From assembly GCF_044704955.1 (NCBI RefSeq), contig NC_091997.1:86800001-86864000 (forward strand): a DNA stretch of 64,000 bases, written 5' to 3'. Positions 37,901 to 48,184 of this stretch are shown here, piece by piece (the stretch's first letter is position 1; each line of letters opens with the position of its first letter). The notes under the pieces were generated by a model, which was not told the DNA's origin, searched no databases, and worked only from the letters and a program-made list of their open reading frames with translations. The position numbers and the translations under genes are program-made. The DNA comes from Pristiophorus japonicus (Eukaryota).

Positions 37901-37968
37901 GCGGTGCAGGCTAGAAGGGCTGAATGGCCTGCTCCTGCACCTATTTTCTATGTTTCTATGTTTCTATG
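34953..37968 (+). mobile_element. Young CR1 LINE, 5' truncated just before ORF2
   Basis: Same subfamily as 9054-12521; (TTCTATGT)n tail. Confidence 0.95.
34962..37868 (+). CDS. CR1 ORF2: AP endonuclease and reverse transcriptase, 968 aa, motifs intact
   Basis: [31 protein letters not shown] and FADD. Confidence 0.95.
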   Translation: MRKSGGQRNPRQRTKRATVQQNSKRTKGVKKTSLKALCLNARSIRNKVDELIVQIDVNKYDVIGITETWLQDDQGWELNIQGYSTFRKDRIKGKGGGVALLVKEEINAIVRKDISLDDVESIWVELQNTKGQKSLVGVVYRPPNSSSDVGEGIKQEIRSACNKGAAVIMGDFNMHIDWASQTGSNTVEEDFLECIRDGFLDQYVEEPTRGEAILDWVLCNERGLISNLIVRGPLGKSDHNMVEFCIRMENETVNSETMVQNLKKGNFEGMRHELAKIDWLMILKGLTVDGQWQTFRERMDELQQLYIPVWRKNKKGKVAQPWLSREIRDSIKAKEVAYKLARNSSEPEDWEKFRTQQRRTKGLIRAGKMEYEKKLAGNIKADCKSFYRYVKRKRLVKTNVGPLQSESGEVITGNKEMADQLNKYFGSVFTKEDTNNLPDIKVVRGSIKEEELREIFISREIVLGKLMGLKADKSPGPDGLHPRVLKEVALEIADALTVIFQHSIDSGSVPIEWRVANVTPLFKKGGREKAGNYRPVSLTSVVGKMMESIIKDVIAAHLENGDMIGPSQHGFVKGRSCLTNLLEFFEDVSNKVDKGVPVDVVYLDFQKAFDKVPHRRLMCKVKAHGIGGSVLTWIENWLSDRKQRVGVNGYFSEWQAVTSGVPQGSVLGPQLFTLYINDLDEGIKCSISKFADDTKLGGSVSCEEDAMRLQSDLDRLGEWANAWQMKYNVDKCEVIHFGGKNRETDYYLNGDRLGKGKVQRDLGVMVHQSLKVGMQVQQAVKKANGMLAFIARGFEYRGREVLLQLYRALVRPHLEYCVQFWSPNLRKDILAVEGVQRRFTRLIPGMVGLTYQERLNQLGLYSLEFRRVRGDLIETFKILTGLDRLDAGRMFPMLGKSRTRGHSLRIRGKPFRTEIRRNFFTQRVVNLWNSLPQEVVEANSLNIFKRELDEVLSTRGIKGYGVKAGSGY

Positions 37969-38230
37969 ATTTTGTGATAAATATTGGCCCCAGAACACCA
38001 GGGATAACTCCCCTGCTCTTCTTTGAAATAGTGCCATGGGATCTTTTACGTCCACCTGAGAAGGCAGACGGTGCCTCGGTTTAACGTCTCATCCAAAAGA
38101 CGGCACCTCCGACAGTGCAGCACTCCCTCAGCACTACACTGGAGGGTCAGCCTAGATTTTTGTGCTCAAGCTCCTGGAGTGGGACTTGAACCCACAACCT
38201 TCTGACTCAGAGGTGAGAGTGCTGCCCACT

Positions 38231-40395
38231 TTAAAAAAAAATGTAATCTATTCAACATTAAAAACATTTACAACATTGTGATCATTCCTTTGTATCACAC
38301 AAATCCTGTCCACCCCTCTGTACAGCGTTCCTCCAACACACAAACATCAAAAGCTGAAGTTTAATTTGTCTCCCGTAACATATATTAATCTATTGTACTT
38401 TAAAAAGTGATCATAACCAAACCTTCCGAACTCTTTCTAGGATATCCTCATCCCAAAAGGTTTCTTGCAGACACAACAGGTCTGTACCTTTAAAACACTT
38501 TAACAACTGCTGCAATTTCCTCTCCCCCCTCAGTCCGTTCACATTAATCGAGACCAATCATGGCTCCTAATAAAGGAGGTGTGCCTGATAATCCCCACCA
38601 TTATTCAATCTCGGACCTTCCCTCCTCTCAGGCTCCTTCCCAACTTCCTGGGCAGCTCTTGTTTTCTCCTGCAGCCTCTGGCTCTTTTTCACCTCCTGTT
38701 TGAATCTTCCCCGCGGTTTCAGCCTCTTCCTTACATTAGTTTAGGATGAGGAGCTGTCTCTTCTCCCTTCTTCTGCCCCTCACTAACCTTTCCCCTTCCA
38801 CATGATGCCTCCCCCCACCCCCATCCACCACTTCCATGTCTCCATCCCCCTCCTCACTCTCAAGCTCCTCTGTAATCTCCCTTCCCTGTTCCCTGTCAGA
38901 TACAGAATCTCCCTTAGAGAGTCCTCCTGCGATCACAGTTTCTCCAACAGTGCCACTCCCTTCGGCCTCAACTCCACCACTGACCCTTGCTCCCCGTTTC
39001 TTCTCTCTCTGGGACAATGGCGCGTCTCCACCCATCTTGCTCCCTTTTGGTGTCTTTGTCTCCCCGCTCTCGTCCTGCTGCCCCTTTAAGGCTCCTGCCT
39101 CTTGCCCCCTCTCCTTGTCTTGCCCCCTTCCTGCTCCCCAACATGTACAATTCCACGTCTCTCTTTGGAGTACTTATACTTACCCCGTTCCCGCCTCTGC
39201 TCCCCCCACGGACTCCTGATTCTTTCGGGAGAGCCGAGCCATACTATGGCCCGACTCTGCCCTTGACCCGTGCTGCCCCCCGTTGACGTTGTCCTTTTCC
39301 ACCATACTTGGTGTGTTTTCCACCATCGCCATCCTGTTCTCTGCGCCGCGATTTTCTGCCTCTTCTTGTGCTCTTTCCTCATTCCGTTCGGCGGCCGTGC
39401 CCTCCGCCTGCTCCGTTCCTCCGGCCACTCCACCCACACCTCCTGCTCCTTCTCCCATCTCCTCGTCACTCAAGGAGCTTCCTTCTGCCTCACACTCACA
39501 GTGGGTGGGGTCTTTGTGACACACCCCACAGCTCTCTGCCTTGCAGTTCCGAGCGATGTGTCCAGACTCGCCGCAATTATAACAGTACAGGTCTGGACAG
39601 CTTCTTACAAGATGGTCGTGACCAAGACAATAATAGCAAACTGTCACTTGGTTATCATGCAGTACCCAGGAGCACTGCACACCTTCCATTGGCTCGAATT
39701 TCATGCGGTAGGGTAATGACTTCACCCGCTCTTGGAACTGCACCTTTAAATAACAGGTTCCATCTTCTACCCACGTTCCAGGATAATATCTCCTCTTTAT
39801 TGCTGAGCAAATTTTAATGTCCCACAACTCCAGCTTTTTTGTTAGCACATCGTCCTCAATATAAACTGTTGGGTTTAAGAATGAGACCCCCACCCCCGCC
39901 ACCTTCAGAATACAGCATAGATACATCTAAGAACTTCTCACCGGCCTTCAAACTCAGTAAAAGTCTTTCCACCTCCTCTCTGCCACTGACCGTCACTTCG
40001 AACCCAACATTTGGTCAGTAGGCAAAGCAACTTCCCTCACCACGGTCCTCATGTACTGCCTCCCGGATAATATCCCAAGCTTGCATCTCCTTATCCTGGC
40101 AGTGAACCACCACCACGTTTTCTTTTCCAAACCTCCTGGGGTCCCGGCCCAAATCTTTGGGCCTTTGATTCTCCCTTCCTCCAAATATTTTCTCCCCTGA
40201 TTAAATTCATCCGGCGAACATTGTCCTCTGAGAGGCCTGGCACTCCAGGCCCTTCAGCAGCCACTGGCTGAACTTAATGGCCCAAAAAGGTCCTAAAACC
40301 TGAAAAAAAAAACAATCCAAAAACCACTTTTGACGAACTCACTTCTTTAATCAAATAACCAGCAGTACCTGCTCACTCCTATCCCTGCCCACCGA
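38231..40395 (-). mobile_element. Non-autonomous Tx1/L1-clade element: ORF1 plus internally deleted ORF2
   Basis: 16-bp TSD GAGAGTGCTGCCCACT; ORF1 with VSFLN..IED..IKRRYYPGT..DGT..SLPY and CCHC knuckles; ORF2 reduced to SINVNG..DLLCLQET plus a short C-terminus. Confidence 0.85.
38600..40184 (-). pseudogene. Tx1-type ORF1 (zinc-knuckle nucleic-acid chaperone), frameshifted
   Basis: CYYCLGHDHLVRSC, CYNCGESGHIARNC and CGVCHKDPTHCEC, then an acidic/basic low-complexity tail. Confidence 0.8.
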
Positions 40396-41086
40396 GAGAG
40401 TGCTGCCCACTGAGCTACGGCTGACACTAAATGGGATGAGAAATGAAGGGTGTGACACTTTTACCCAGGGGTTGAGCTGAACCAGCTCTTACCCATGTCA
40501 CAAATGACTATGTGACTATGAGCATGGTAAATTGTCCCCCCTCGTCCTTCTGGACCTGTCTGCAGCCTTTGATGTAGTTGACCTCTCCATCCTCCTCCAA
40601 CGCCTCTCCTCTGTCATCCAACTGGGTGGGACTGCACTCGCCTGGTTCCATTCTTGCCTATCCAGTTATAGCCAGAAAATCACCTGCAACGGCTTCTCTT
40701 CCCACATTGTTATCTCTGGTGTCCCCCAAGGATCTATCCTTGGCCCCCTTCCTAATTCCCATCTACAAGCTGCCCCTTGGAAACATTATTGGAAAACTCA
40801 ATGCCAGTTTCCACGTGTACATTGACGACACCCAGCTCTACCTCACCACCACTTCTCTTGACCCGCCACCATCTCTAAATTGTCAGACTGCTTGTCTCAC
40901 ATCCAGTGCTGGATGAGCAGAAATTTCCTCCAACTAAATATTGGGAAGGCCGAAGCCATTGTCTTCAGTCCCCGTCACAAACTGCGTTCACTAGCCACCG
41001 ACTCCATCCCTCTCCCTAACTTTTGTCTGAGGCTGAACCACACCGTTCACAACCAAGGTGTTCCATTTGACACCGATTACCCCAAC

Positions 41087-41398
41087 TGATAGAGAATTCA
41101 AACAGGCTGCATTTAGACAGGCTGTGAAAATTCACAGACAACAAGTCAGAGATGCTACGTGAGTGGTAGCATGTTGCATTAAGCCATCAATCAACTTGAC
41201 ATTTTCGGACCTTGGGTAGTGAGCCAATAAGGTCAAAGAAGGCGAGTTCTTTTCTGTAAATTGATCCATTTTGACCATGCGGTCTCAGTAAGACAAAGGA
41301 ACTGGCAATCAGCCAGCAGATTGTTGCTCTCTGCCAAGATTAAAAAGTTAAAACTACAATCGGAGTTCGTATTTCATTGGAAATTAAGAGATCTAACA
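41087..41398 (+). repeat. ERV 5' LTR (312 bp)
   Basis: Differs from the 3' LTR by 2 substitutions and a 16-bp deletion. Confidence 0.95.
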
Positions 41399-41402
41399 AT
41401 TT

Positions 41403-41420
41403 TGGCGCTGCGAGCAGGGT
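41403..41420 (+). promoter_or_regulatory. ERV primer-binding site, tRNA-Ser-like
   Basis: TGGCGCTGCGAGCAGGGT versus the recalled complement of the vertebrate tRNA-Ser(CGA) 3' end, TGGCGCTGTGAGCAGGAT. Confidence 0.65.
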
Positions 41421-41657
41421 TGCTGAGGAAAGAAACTGAATTTTGGACATCGGACCTACATATTGAGGTAAGGACACCTCTTTTTAAAAAAAAGTCCTCG
41501 GTCAAAAGTCTAAATTCGCCTCTCCTTCTACGCGATTCCGAAAGCCTCCGGTTTGCGAACCCTCCGGTTGGTAGTCGGCTCGAGGTCCCATAGACGTCTA
41601 AACTTCGGCGGTGTGTTAGTTAATTAATCACCGACCTATTGATCGGCTGGAAAGTTT

Positions 41658-43237
41658 ATGGCCCGAGACCCCAGTAAAGAAATGGCAGCAGGAGATAAGA
41701 GCAAAGAATTGCCTACAACAGTTAAAGGCGGGCGAGTACCACTTGAAGTTTCGCTAGCTTTAATTCTCGAACAGTTGAAAGAATACATAGAGCAACAATT
41801 CAACTTATCTAAAACCTGTATTAAGATCGAACAAAAGTACGGAACCTCCAAAGGACAATGGTCCTTGGACGAGATTAAAAAGGTCTGGGGATAAAGGACC
41901 CGTATGAAAAATAAAGAGTGAACTAGATGGTCCCTAGCAGTTATGGGCCAGATTCGAAAGCGGAATGAAATTATAATGCATTCCCAACATGATCGAGAAC
42001 TGACCAGTACAAAGGATCAATTGCAAGCAGTTTGCGACAGAAAAAGCTTGAACTTGAAAAGCTGGAAGTGGAAGTTAAAGATCTTAAAGGTGAAATTAAA
42101 GAATGGAAAAAATCATTAGGTCAAGAGACAGTAATAGGAAAAGGAAAATGTATTGATCAATTCCCAGGGTACCCATGTTTGGATAAATTAAAAGCGCAAA
42201 CCCGAAGACACGACTGAGGAATAAATACGTATTCTGAATCCTCCGACAATACAGTGTCGGAGGATGATGAAGAATTAGGGGTGCGCTTTGCCCCGTTTAA
42301 AAAAAGACGAGTTGTAGTCAAATCAGAAGAGACTGCGGATGAGGGCGGAACCAAAAAAACGAAGAAAAGGCTGTATGATAAATACTTAATTCATGCTCCG
42401 GCAGACCCAGAGAAAATTGATAAATGGTCCAAGGAATTGCCCAATCCAAAGAAAGGGGGAGTAAAAACGTGGGACCAATTGCACCGTTTAAGAAATATAT
42501 ATCAACTTCATCCCTGGGACGGAGTGCAAATTTTGACCATAATGGTGCCAAAAACACAGGGAAGAAAATTGCACGACAAGGTAGATGAAGCTTTGGGGCA
42601 GAATGAGCAAGAATTAGATGCAGGATGGGAGGTGATTAAACACTGGCTGCAAGCCTTCAGTCCAGCTAAGACAGATTGGGGAAAAATTGCAGCCTGCCAA
42701 CAGAAAGGAACAGAGGAGGTCCTGGAGTATGACGAGCGGTTTAGATGCACGTGGCTAGAACATTCGGGTATGAATAATACGGATGAGGAAATGGATGAAC
42801 AAGTGTTTGGACCCCTGAAAGCAGCTTTCGTGGCAGGTCTAAAGCCAGAACTGTCCAAAATGCTTAAGGTAGTGTTACCGGACTGGGAAGGTAGAGGAAC
42901 TACCTTTGCAGCATTGGTGGATCGATGTAACCAATTAGATCGGGATATGGGAGCTAAAGTCCGAGCTGTACAGGCTATGGGATGGAAATCCCAGGATTCC
43001 GATAAACAGTCATTAGGAAAATTACCCGGAAAATGTCATTATTGTGGGAAAGAAGGTCACTGGGCCAAGACGTGCAGGGCAAAACAGCAAGGTCATGGCT
43101 GGGGAAGAGAACGCAGCCAGGGATACAATTCAGCCAACAAGCCAGGCTTGTCACAAGATAATGACCTCATAGAAGCATTTAAGCGACTGACAATACAACA
43201 ACAGAAGGAGTTACTTGGGATAGCAAAAAACGATTAG
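41658..43237 (+). pseudogene. gag: ERV gag (5' part disrupted; 42254-43237 open)
   Basis: Capsid MHR-like CQQKGTEEVLEYDERF and the CCHC knuckle CHYCGKEGHWAKTC. Confidence 0.85.
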
Positions 43238-43305
43238 AGCCCATCCTGGCTCCCCTCCTCGCACTAATACAACAAAGGGGAGATGGGCTATATATAACTG
43301 TGAGG
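43225..43305 (+). promoter_or_regulatory. -1 ribosomal frameshift signal at the gag-pro junction
   Basis: In-frame A AAA AAC, 6-nt spacer and a bulged 14-bp stem; the -1 frame is open into LLDTGA. Confidence 0.8.
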
Positions 43306-46300
43306 GTGGGCGATAAGGATGTGGACTGTCTTTTAGACACAGGGGCGGAATTAACATGCTTACCCCTACAACATGGAGACTTTTTGCCGTTGGATGGTAG
43401 GGCACGTACAGCCTATGGAGTCGGGGGCCATAAAATGGAAATTAAAAGGACAATACCGGTACTTATAGGGCTGGGTCCACATGAACTAACCACACCGGTC
43501 TGGATAGGCCCAGTAGATCAACCCCTTTTGGGAATGGACGTTCTAATCCAAATAGATTCATCGTTGCATTTCGAGGATGACATGGTCAATTAGAACTTTG
43601 AAGAAAGAAGAATTGAAGGAACACCCGATATGGGCTAAAGATAAGAACGATTGTGGCCTACTCCAGATGGAGCCTGCGTCATTTACAGGGACCAAGCCTC
43701 CATGCACTAAACAGTATCCCATCAGTCCAACTGCCATCGCAGGAATCTTACCGGTTATTCAGCAATTGGAGAAACAAGGGATGCTTATTAAAACGCATAG
43801 CTCCTCCAATAGCCCCGTGTGGCCGGTACAGAAATCTAATGAGACTTGGCGTTTGACTGTCGATTATAGGAAAGCTAACCAGTGTATTGATCAAAAAGCT
43901 CCTTTGGTCGCAGATCCCTCCACCATTTTTAATGCCCTCAAACCGGAACATAAATATTTCTCGGTTATAGATATGGCCAACGGATTTTGGTCGGTGCCTC
44001 TGACACCGGAGGTTCGACAGTGGTTTGCTTTCACTGTCCAAGGACAACAGTATACTTGGACCCGGTTACCACAGCGTTTCCACAACAGCCCTACGGTATT
44101 CCACATGGCTTTACAAAGCCATTTGCGAGAATTACCTCCCCTGTCATCCACAGTCATCCAATATGTAGACGATATCCTGCTAGCTTCAAACACGGAAGAA
44201 CAGCATGAACATGATTTACGAGCTTTGCTGGATCACTTTCAGCTGAAAGGACATAAAGCCAGCATCGACAAAGCACAAATATCCCAAGAAGAGGTTGTAT
44301 ACCTGGGACAAAAGATTTCACAAGGAAAGAGAGAACTTACCCAGGATAGAACTGCAGCCATTCGGGCTGCTAAAAAACCCACCACTATTCAGGAACTAAG
44401 GTCTTTTTTGGGATTGTGTAACTTTAACAGAAATTGGATTGACTCCTTCACACAGCTTGCTCAGCCACTGAATGATATTTTAAAGGGGAAACGTGCCTCT
44501 AAAGAAGCCATCACCCTCACTAAGGAACAGCAAGAGGCCTTCCTGAGTTTGAAAAAGGCTTTGTGTTCAGCACCGGCTCTGGGAATCCCCGACAGTGGTA
44601 AGCCATTTACCCTGTTTGTCCATGAGAAAGAAGGATATATGACAGCTATACTGACACAAGAACATGGGGATCGGCAAAGACCTATTGGCTATTATTCGGC
44701 AAAACTGGATGCGGTAGCCCTCGGATAGGGAAGTTGCCCAAGGGCCATGGAAGCTACATGTCGAGCGGTAATGATCACTGCGGGTCTAGTCCTCGACCAA
44801 AAGCTGATTGTCAAGTGTCCCCGCACCGTACATGCTTTGCTGTCTATGAATAGAATGTCTCAGGTGACGGCAGCAAGATGGACCCGCTGGACAGCAGTTT
44901 TGGAAGCTCCTAATCTCCATATCGTCCGGGCCAGCCCGGTTAATCCCGCAACTATGCTCCCAATGTCAGAATCGAGGGAGCAAGAGGGGGGAGAATGTGT
45001 AAAACATGACTGCGTGGAGATTTTAAAAGAAACAGAAGAAGCAGCCTTAGCAGCAGAGGAGCCTCTGCACAACCCAGATCTCATCCTGTTTACAGATGGT
45101 TCCTCCTTTGTTGACAATGGTACCAGAAAAGCAGGATGGGCAGTTAGAACCTTATATGAGGTAGTGGCAAAAGGATGTTTACCCTCAGGAACATCAGCAC
45201 AACAGGCCGAGTTACGGGCCCTGTCAGAAGCATGTCGAATAGCAGAAGGACAGACAGCTAATGTTTACACAGATTCGCGTTATGCTTTTGGAGTCGCTCA
45301 CGACTTTGGTATGTTATGGCGGAAAAGAGGATTCCTCACTGCTGCTGGTACACCTATCCGAAATGGAAAAGAAGTCAGAGACTTACTGGAGGCCATACAA
45401 TTACCTCAGGAAGTGTCCATCCTGAAGTGTAAGGCCCATACCAAGGAAAATACCACAGAAGCACAGGGAAATGCCCTAGCCGACCAGGCAGCTAAAGATG
45501 CCGCCTCACAGGGCGTTCCTCCAGAAGAACCAACACAGATGTGCAGATTGAAAGCACTCAGGACTCTGACACGAGACCTTCAAACAATGCAAGGCGAGTG
45601 CTCCCGAGAGGAAAAATGGACATGGATTGAGGCAGGAATTAAGCTATGTGAAGATCGTGTCTGGAGACAAAGAGTTACCGACAAGCCAGTCGCGCCACAA
45701 GCGCTTATGCCTTTTTTAGCCCAACAGATCCACTCGTGAGGACACTTGACCTCACAACAGATGACAGCATGGTTCCAGAAAAGCTGGTGGGGTCGGGGAT
45801 TTAAAAAACATGCCCAGCTGGTAGCAGACCGCTGTGTGGTCTGCCAGAAAAATAATTCTGGACCCATCACGGTAATGCCCCAACTGAGGCCCCCTGCCCC
45901 TGTCGGACCATTCCAGCATCTGCAGGTTGATTATATATCTCTTCCTTCATGCCAAGGATACACTAACATTCTTGTCATGGTCGATAGATTCTCTAGATGG
46001 GTAGAAGCTGTCCCAACTAAAAGAGCCACAGCCAATCACACTGCAAAGGTCTTGTGTAAGGATTACATTCCCCGATGGGGAGTCCCGAGTAGCATTGACT
46101 CAGATCAGGGAACACACTTCACAGGTGCTGTCTGCTAAGAAGTCTGTAGGTTACTGAACATTACGTGGGATTTACACTGTCCTTATCATCCACAATCATC
46201 AGGACAAGTAGAGCGAATGAATCGAACTTTGAAACAACGGCTTGCCAAATATCACCAAGAAGGAACACCATGGCCCCAGGCACTACCAATAGTGCTATGC

Positions 46301-46702
46301 AGCATTAGGGCAACCCCGAACAGAACTACAGGTCTAAGCCCATTTGAAATTATAACAGGAAGACTCATGTCGCTGCCAGGAACTATCGATTTATGGAAAG
46401 CTGATGTTCACTTAATGAGTGACACTGTGTTATCATACTGTCAGAACCTAACCAATGCTATTAGTTCTGTTTCCCGACAGGTATCGGCAGCTTGGGATAA
46501 TCCACCCGAAGGAGGACACGACATCATCCCGGGAGTCTGGGTGTATGTGAAAAAGTTGCATAAAGAACCTTTGGGTGCCAAGTGGGAGGGACCTTATCAA
46601 GTGTTATTGACCACCCAGGCAGCTGTTAAAGTCCAAGGAAAGAAAGCCTGGATCCACGCTTCACACGTTAAATGAGCACCCGTAACTGAAGCTGAAATCT
46701 AA
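43231..46702 (+). pseudogene. pol: ERV pro-pol (protease, RT, RNase H, integrase) with a frameshift and stops
   Basis: LDTGA; NSPVWPV.K..WRLTVDYR; YVDD; FTDGS..AEL..YTDS; HHCC and LQVD..SDQG..VERMN; GPY. Confidence 0.92.
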
Positions 46703-46726
46703 TAAGGACAATTACTTTTTGCGAAA

Positions 46727-46983
46727 ATGTATAAATTTACTGTATTATTGATTGTAGGTAATCTAGGCATAGGCCTACTTCTTACTAGCCAACCCTCTGC
46801 ACCAAAGGGAAATAGTAGGGTAGCAAGGGAATTACATGTAAATACCTTTTACTTTTATATTGTTTGTTTATGTTGATTAAATGTTGTTGCGACCAGGCAG
46901 CTGTAGCTGCTGTCCCGCAGGTGAGACACCTTGCAGGTCCCAGCAGACCGTCTGTATGTGGCACAGGGGTATGTTATGCTTAA
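46727..46983 (+). pseudogene. env: env remnant: signal peptide fused out of frame to the membrane anchor and tail
   Basis: MYKFTVLLIVGNLGIGLLL..RVARELHVNTF joined at CTTTTA to LLLYCLFMLIKCCC.. Confidence 0.6.
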
Positions 46984-47258
46984 GGAAAGGTTGTTTACTG
47001 GTTGAATTAAGATATTGATTTGGATTAAATTGGTATAAGGTTAATTAACCTACTAAAACCAGACTTCCATTGTGGCCACGATGGAACTCGGGTTGGTGTA
47101 AATTTGTGTGGAAGCTACTAGTCCGGACATGTGGCGAAACACATCAACAAATTTTAGAAGGAAACTCTATTAACATGTATGAAATTATTTTGTAGAATGT
47201 TTAACCAGTGATACCTGATGTTTTATGATTCAGTTTGTGAAAGAATCAAAGGAGGGAT

Positions 47259-47586
47259 TGATAGAGAATTCAAACAGGCTGCATTTAGACAGGCTGTGAA
47301 AATTCACAGACAACAAGTCAGAGATGCTATGTGAGTGGTAGCATGTTGCATTAAGGCATCAATCAACTTGACATTTTCGGACCTTGGGTAGTGAGCCAAT
47401 AAGGTCAAAGAAGGCGAGTTCTTTTCTGTAAATTGATCCAGGTATAAGTACAGCCATTTTGACCATGCGGTCTCAGTAAGACAAAGGAACTGGCAATCAG
47501 CCAGCAGATTGTTGCTCTCTGCCAAGATTAAAAAGTTAAAACTACAATCGGAGTTCGTATTTCATTGGAAATTAAGAGATCTAACA
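47259..47586 (+). repeat. ERV 3' LTR (328 bp)
   Basis: Follows the PPT; contains CCAAT, TATAAG and ATTAAA. Confidence 0.95.
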
Positions 47587-48184
47587 CCAACACATAACTA
47601 AGTATGCCTATTTCCACCACAATAACATCGCCCGCCTCCGCCCCTGCCTCAACTCATCTGCTGCTGAAACCCTCATCCATTAATTTGTTACCTATAGACT
47701 TGACTGTTCCAATGCACTCCTGGCTGGCTTACCATCTTCCACCCTCCATAAACTTGAGCTCATCCAAAACTTGGCTGCCCGTGTCCTAACTTGCACCAAC
47801 TCCCGCTCACCCATCACCCTTGTGCTCGCTGGCATACATTGGCTCCCGGTTAAGCAACGCCTCGATTTTAAAATTCTCATCCTTGCTTTCAAAACCCTCC
47901 ATGGTCTCATCCTTCCCTATCTCTGTAATCTCCTCCAGCCCCACAAACCTCTGAGAAATCTATGCCTCTCCAATTCTGCCCTCTTGAGCATCCCTGATTA
48001 TAATCGCTCCACCATTGGTGGCTGTGCCTTCTGTTGCCTGGGCCCTAAGTTCTGGAACTCCCTCCCTAAACCTCTCTACCTCTCTAACTCGCTCTGCTCC
48101 TTTAAGATGATCCTTAAAACCTTCCTCTTTGACCAAGCTTTTAGTCATCTGCCCTAATATCTCTTTATGTGGCTCGGTCTCAAA

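Larger units (their letters stand above)
34768..40428 (-). mobile_element. DeuSINE-like SINE split in three (34768-34952, 37969-38230, 40396-40428)
   Basis: The three pieces are collinear with 591-1055. Confidence 0.85.
41087..47586 (+). mobile_element. Endogenous retrovirus provirus, class III-like (SnRV/ERV-S-like) by RT motifs, env deleted
   Basis: TG..CA LTRs at 41087-41398 and 47259-47586; TSD CCAAC; PBS; gag-pro-pol; PPT AAAGGAGGGA. Confidence 0.95.
40483..48180 (+). mobile_element. L2 LINE (40483-41086 and 47587-48180) split by the ERV
   Basis: LLDLSAAFD, GVPQGSILGP, YIDDTQLY, NFLQLN, then ARVLT..HWLPV..FK..WNSLP. Confidence 0.85.

Noticed and set aside
43235-43270. Amber read-through of gag as in gamma/epsilon retroviruses
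   Set aside because: Frame 0 closes at TAA nine codons later, and the protease is in the -1 frame.
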